Shown one piece after another: positions 62,780-64,000 of a stretch of 64,000 nucleotides of DNA. Made by a program: the position numbers and the translations under genes. Where the stretch lies: the NCBI GenBank assembly GCA_943787795.1, contig CALSNU010000001.1, positions 832,001 through 896,000 on the forward strand, given 5' to 3'. The notes below the pieces were generated by a model. The model saw only the letters and a list, made by a program, of their open reading frames with translations. It made no database searches and had not been told where the DNA came from. The DNA comes from an uncultured bacterium (GTDB taxonomy: Bacteria > Planctomycetota > UBA1135 > GCA-002686595). Position 1 is the stretch's first letter; every line of letters starts with the position of its first letter.

Positions 62780-64000
62780 GCGATCAGGACAACAGCGGCA
62801 GGAGGCCCAGTGATCCAAGCGGCAGCGAACAGAGCGGCAGCGAACAGAGCGGCAGTGAAGAGAGCGCAGTGATCAGAGCGGCAGCAACCAGCACCCCGAT
62901 GCCCTCTGGCTTGACTACCTCGAGGGAGACCTGAGCGAGTCCGGCATGGAGGCGCTGCGTCAGTCCTTCGAGTCTGACCCGGGCGCGCGGGCGGGCCGCG
63001 TCGAGACCCTGCGCCTCCACCGCGAGCTGGGGCTGGCGCTCTCGGGGACGGCACGGGAGCGCGCGGCTTCGTGGCGGCGACCATGGACCGCTTGCCTGCG
63101 GAGGTCGGCGGTCGGCGGCCGCTGCTCGCGCGAGCCGTGGCGATCGGGGCGGCGCTGGCCGCGACGCTGCTGGGCGCCCTCCTGATCGGCGGCTCAGGGG
63201 CAGAGCCGGCGCCGGTGCTCCGGGTGCTCGAGGCCGCAGGAGCCGTGGAGTGGGTCGCTGGCGGCGGACAGGCGGAGCCCCTCCCTGCGCCAGGGTCGGC
63301 GCTCCCCGGCGGCGTCCTCGCCCTCCGCGGCCCGGATGCCTGGGCGGAGCTCGCGTTCAACGATGGGTCGACCATCACCCTGACGGGGATCGCGAGGGCC
63401 ACGATCTCCGACGAGGGGCAGAAGGTCATCGCCCTGGACGGGGGCCGCTTGCTCGCGGAGGTCGCGCCGCAGGGGCAGCAACCTATGCTGGTGTTCACGG
63501 CGGCGGCGGAGATCGCAGTCCTCGGCACCCGCTTCAGGGTCCAGGCCTCCGAGGAGCGAGCGACCCTCGACGTGACCCAGGGGCGAGTTGAGATGCGCCG
63601 AAATGTGGACGGCCAGCGGGTGGAGGTCGCCGCCGGCGAGTTCGCGGTGGCCACCCCCTTCGCTGGGGACGCCTTCCACCCGCGGGTGAGGCCGGAACCC
63701 ACGGGGAGCTGGAGCGCCAGCCTCAGGGACGACCCGACCCAGGGCCGGTTCGTGATGGACCTCGAGGCGCTGAAGGCGGAGCTCTCCAGGGCCGTGGAGC
63801 GCGGCGAGCTGACCGAGGCGGAGGCACTGGAGCGCTTCCTCGCGGCGGACGGGGGCCTCGAGGCGGTGGCGCTCAGGAAGAAGGCCGCGCATTGGAGCAA
63901 GCGGGCGTTGAAGCTCGGGGGCAAGCGGGACCTGGAGGGTTACCCAAAGGGTTCCTCGAAGGGCTCCTCAGAGAGCTCCGCAGAGGGCTCTCCTGGGGGC
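62776..64000 (+). CDS. FecR-domain anti-sigma factor, frameshifted and truncated by the window end
   Basis: GTG overlaps the sigma stop. Pieces LDYLEGDLSESGMEALRQ, TM AVAIGAALAATLLGALLI, FNDGSTITL, AEIAVLGTRFRV, LDVTQGRV lie in shifting frames. Confidence 0.75.

Overview
High-GC bacterial chromosomal window, most likely from a marine planctomycete. This is an inference from gene content (two sulfatases, MoxR with a PQQ-type propeller, AroD-AroE fusion, BlaI/BlaR1, ECF/FecR); there is no rRNA marker. Left part: housekeeping genes (moxR, an ftsB-like gene, eno) and a tightly packed pssA-folK/panC-ispE-panG-like-aroDE-aroK operon. Next is an initiator tRNA-fMet whose 3' end has been an integration hotspot: repeated att-like scars, a collapsed serine-recombinase element, and a DUF1611 plus PLP-racemase cargo. 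Middle: secreted and envelope genes, including a BlaI/BlaR1-like pair with a repeat-built sensor and a 42-bp palindromic operator facing a phospholipase D, two vanadium-haloperoxidase-like proteins and several hydrolases. Right part: a complete green-type proteorhodopsin plus retinal operon (prd-crtE-crtI-crtB-crtY-blh), a second moxR, and a sulfatase-glycosylasparaginase-ECF-FecR locus. Three unrelated secreted proteins end in the same ~135-140 aa two-cysteine C-terminal domain, a candidate lineage-specific protein sorting or anchoring module. At least seven genes, including enolase, carry single-base frameshifts that look like long-read assembly errors.
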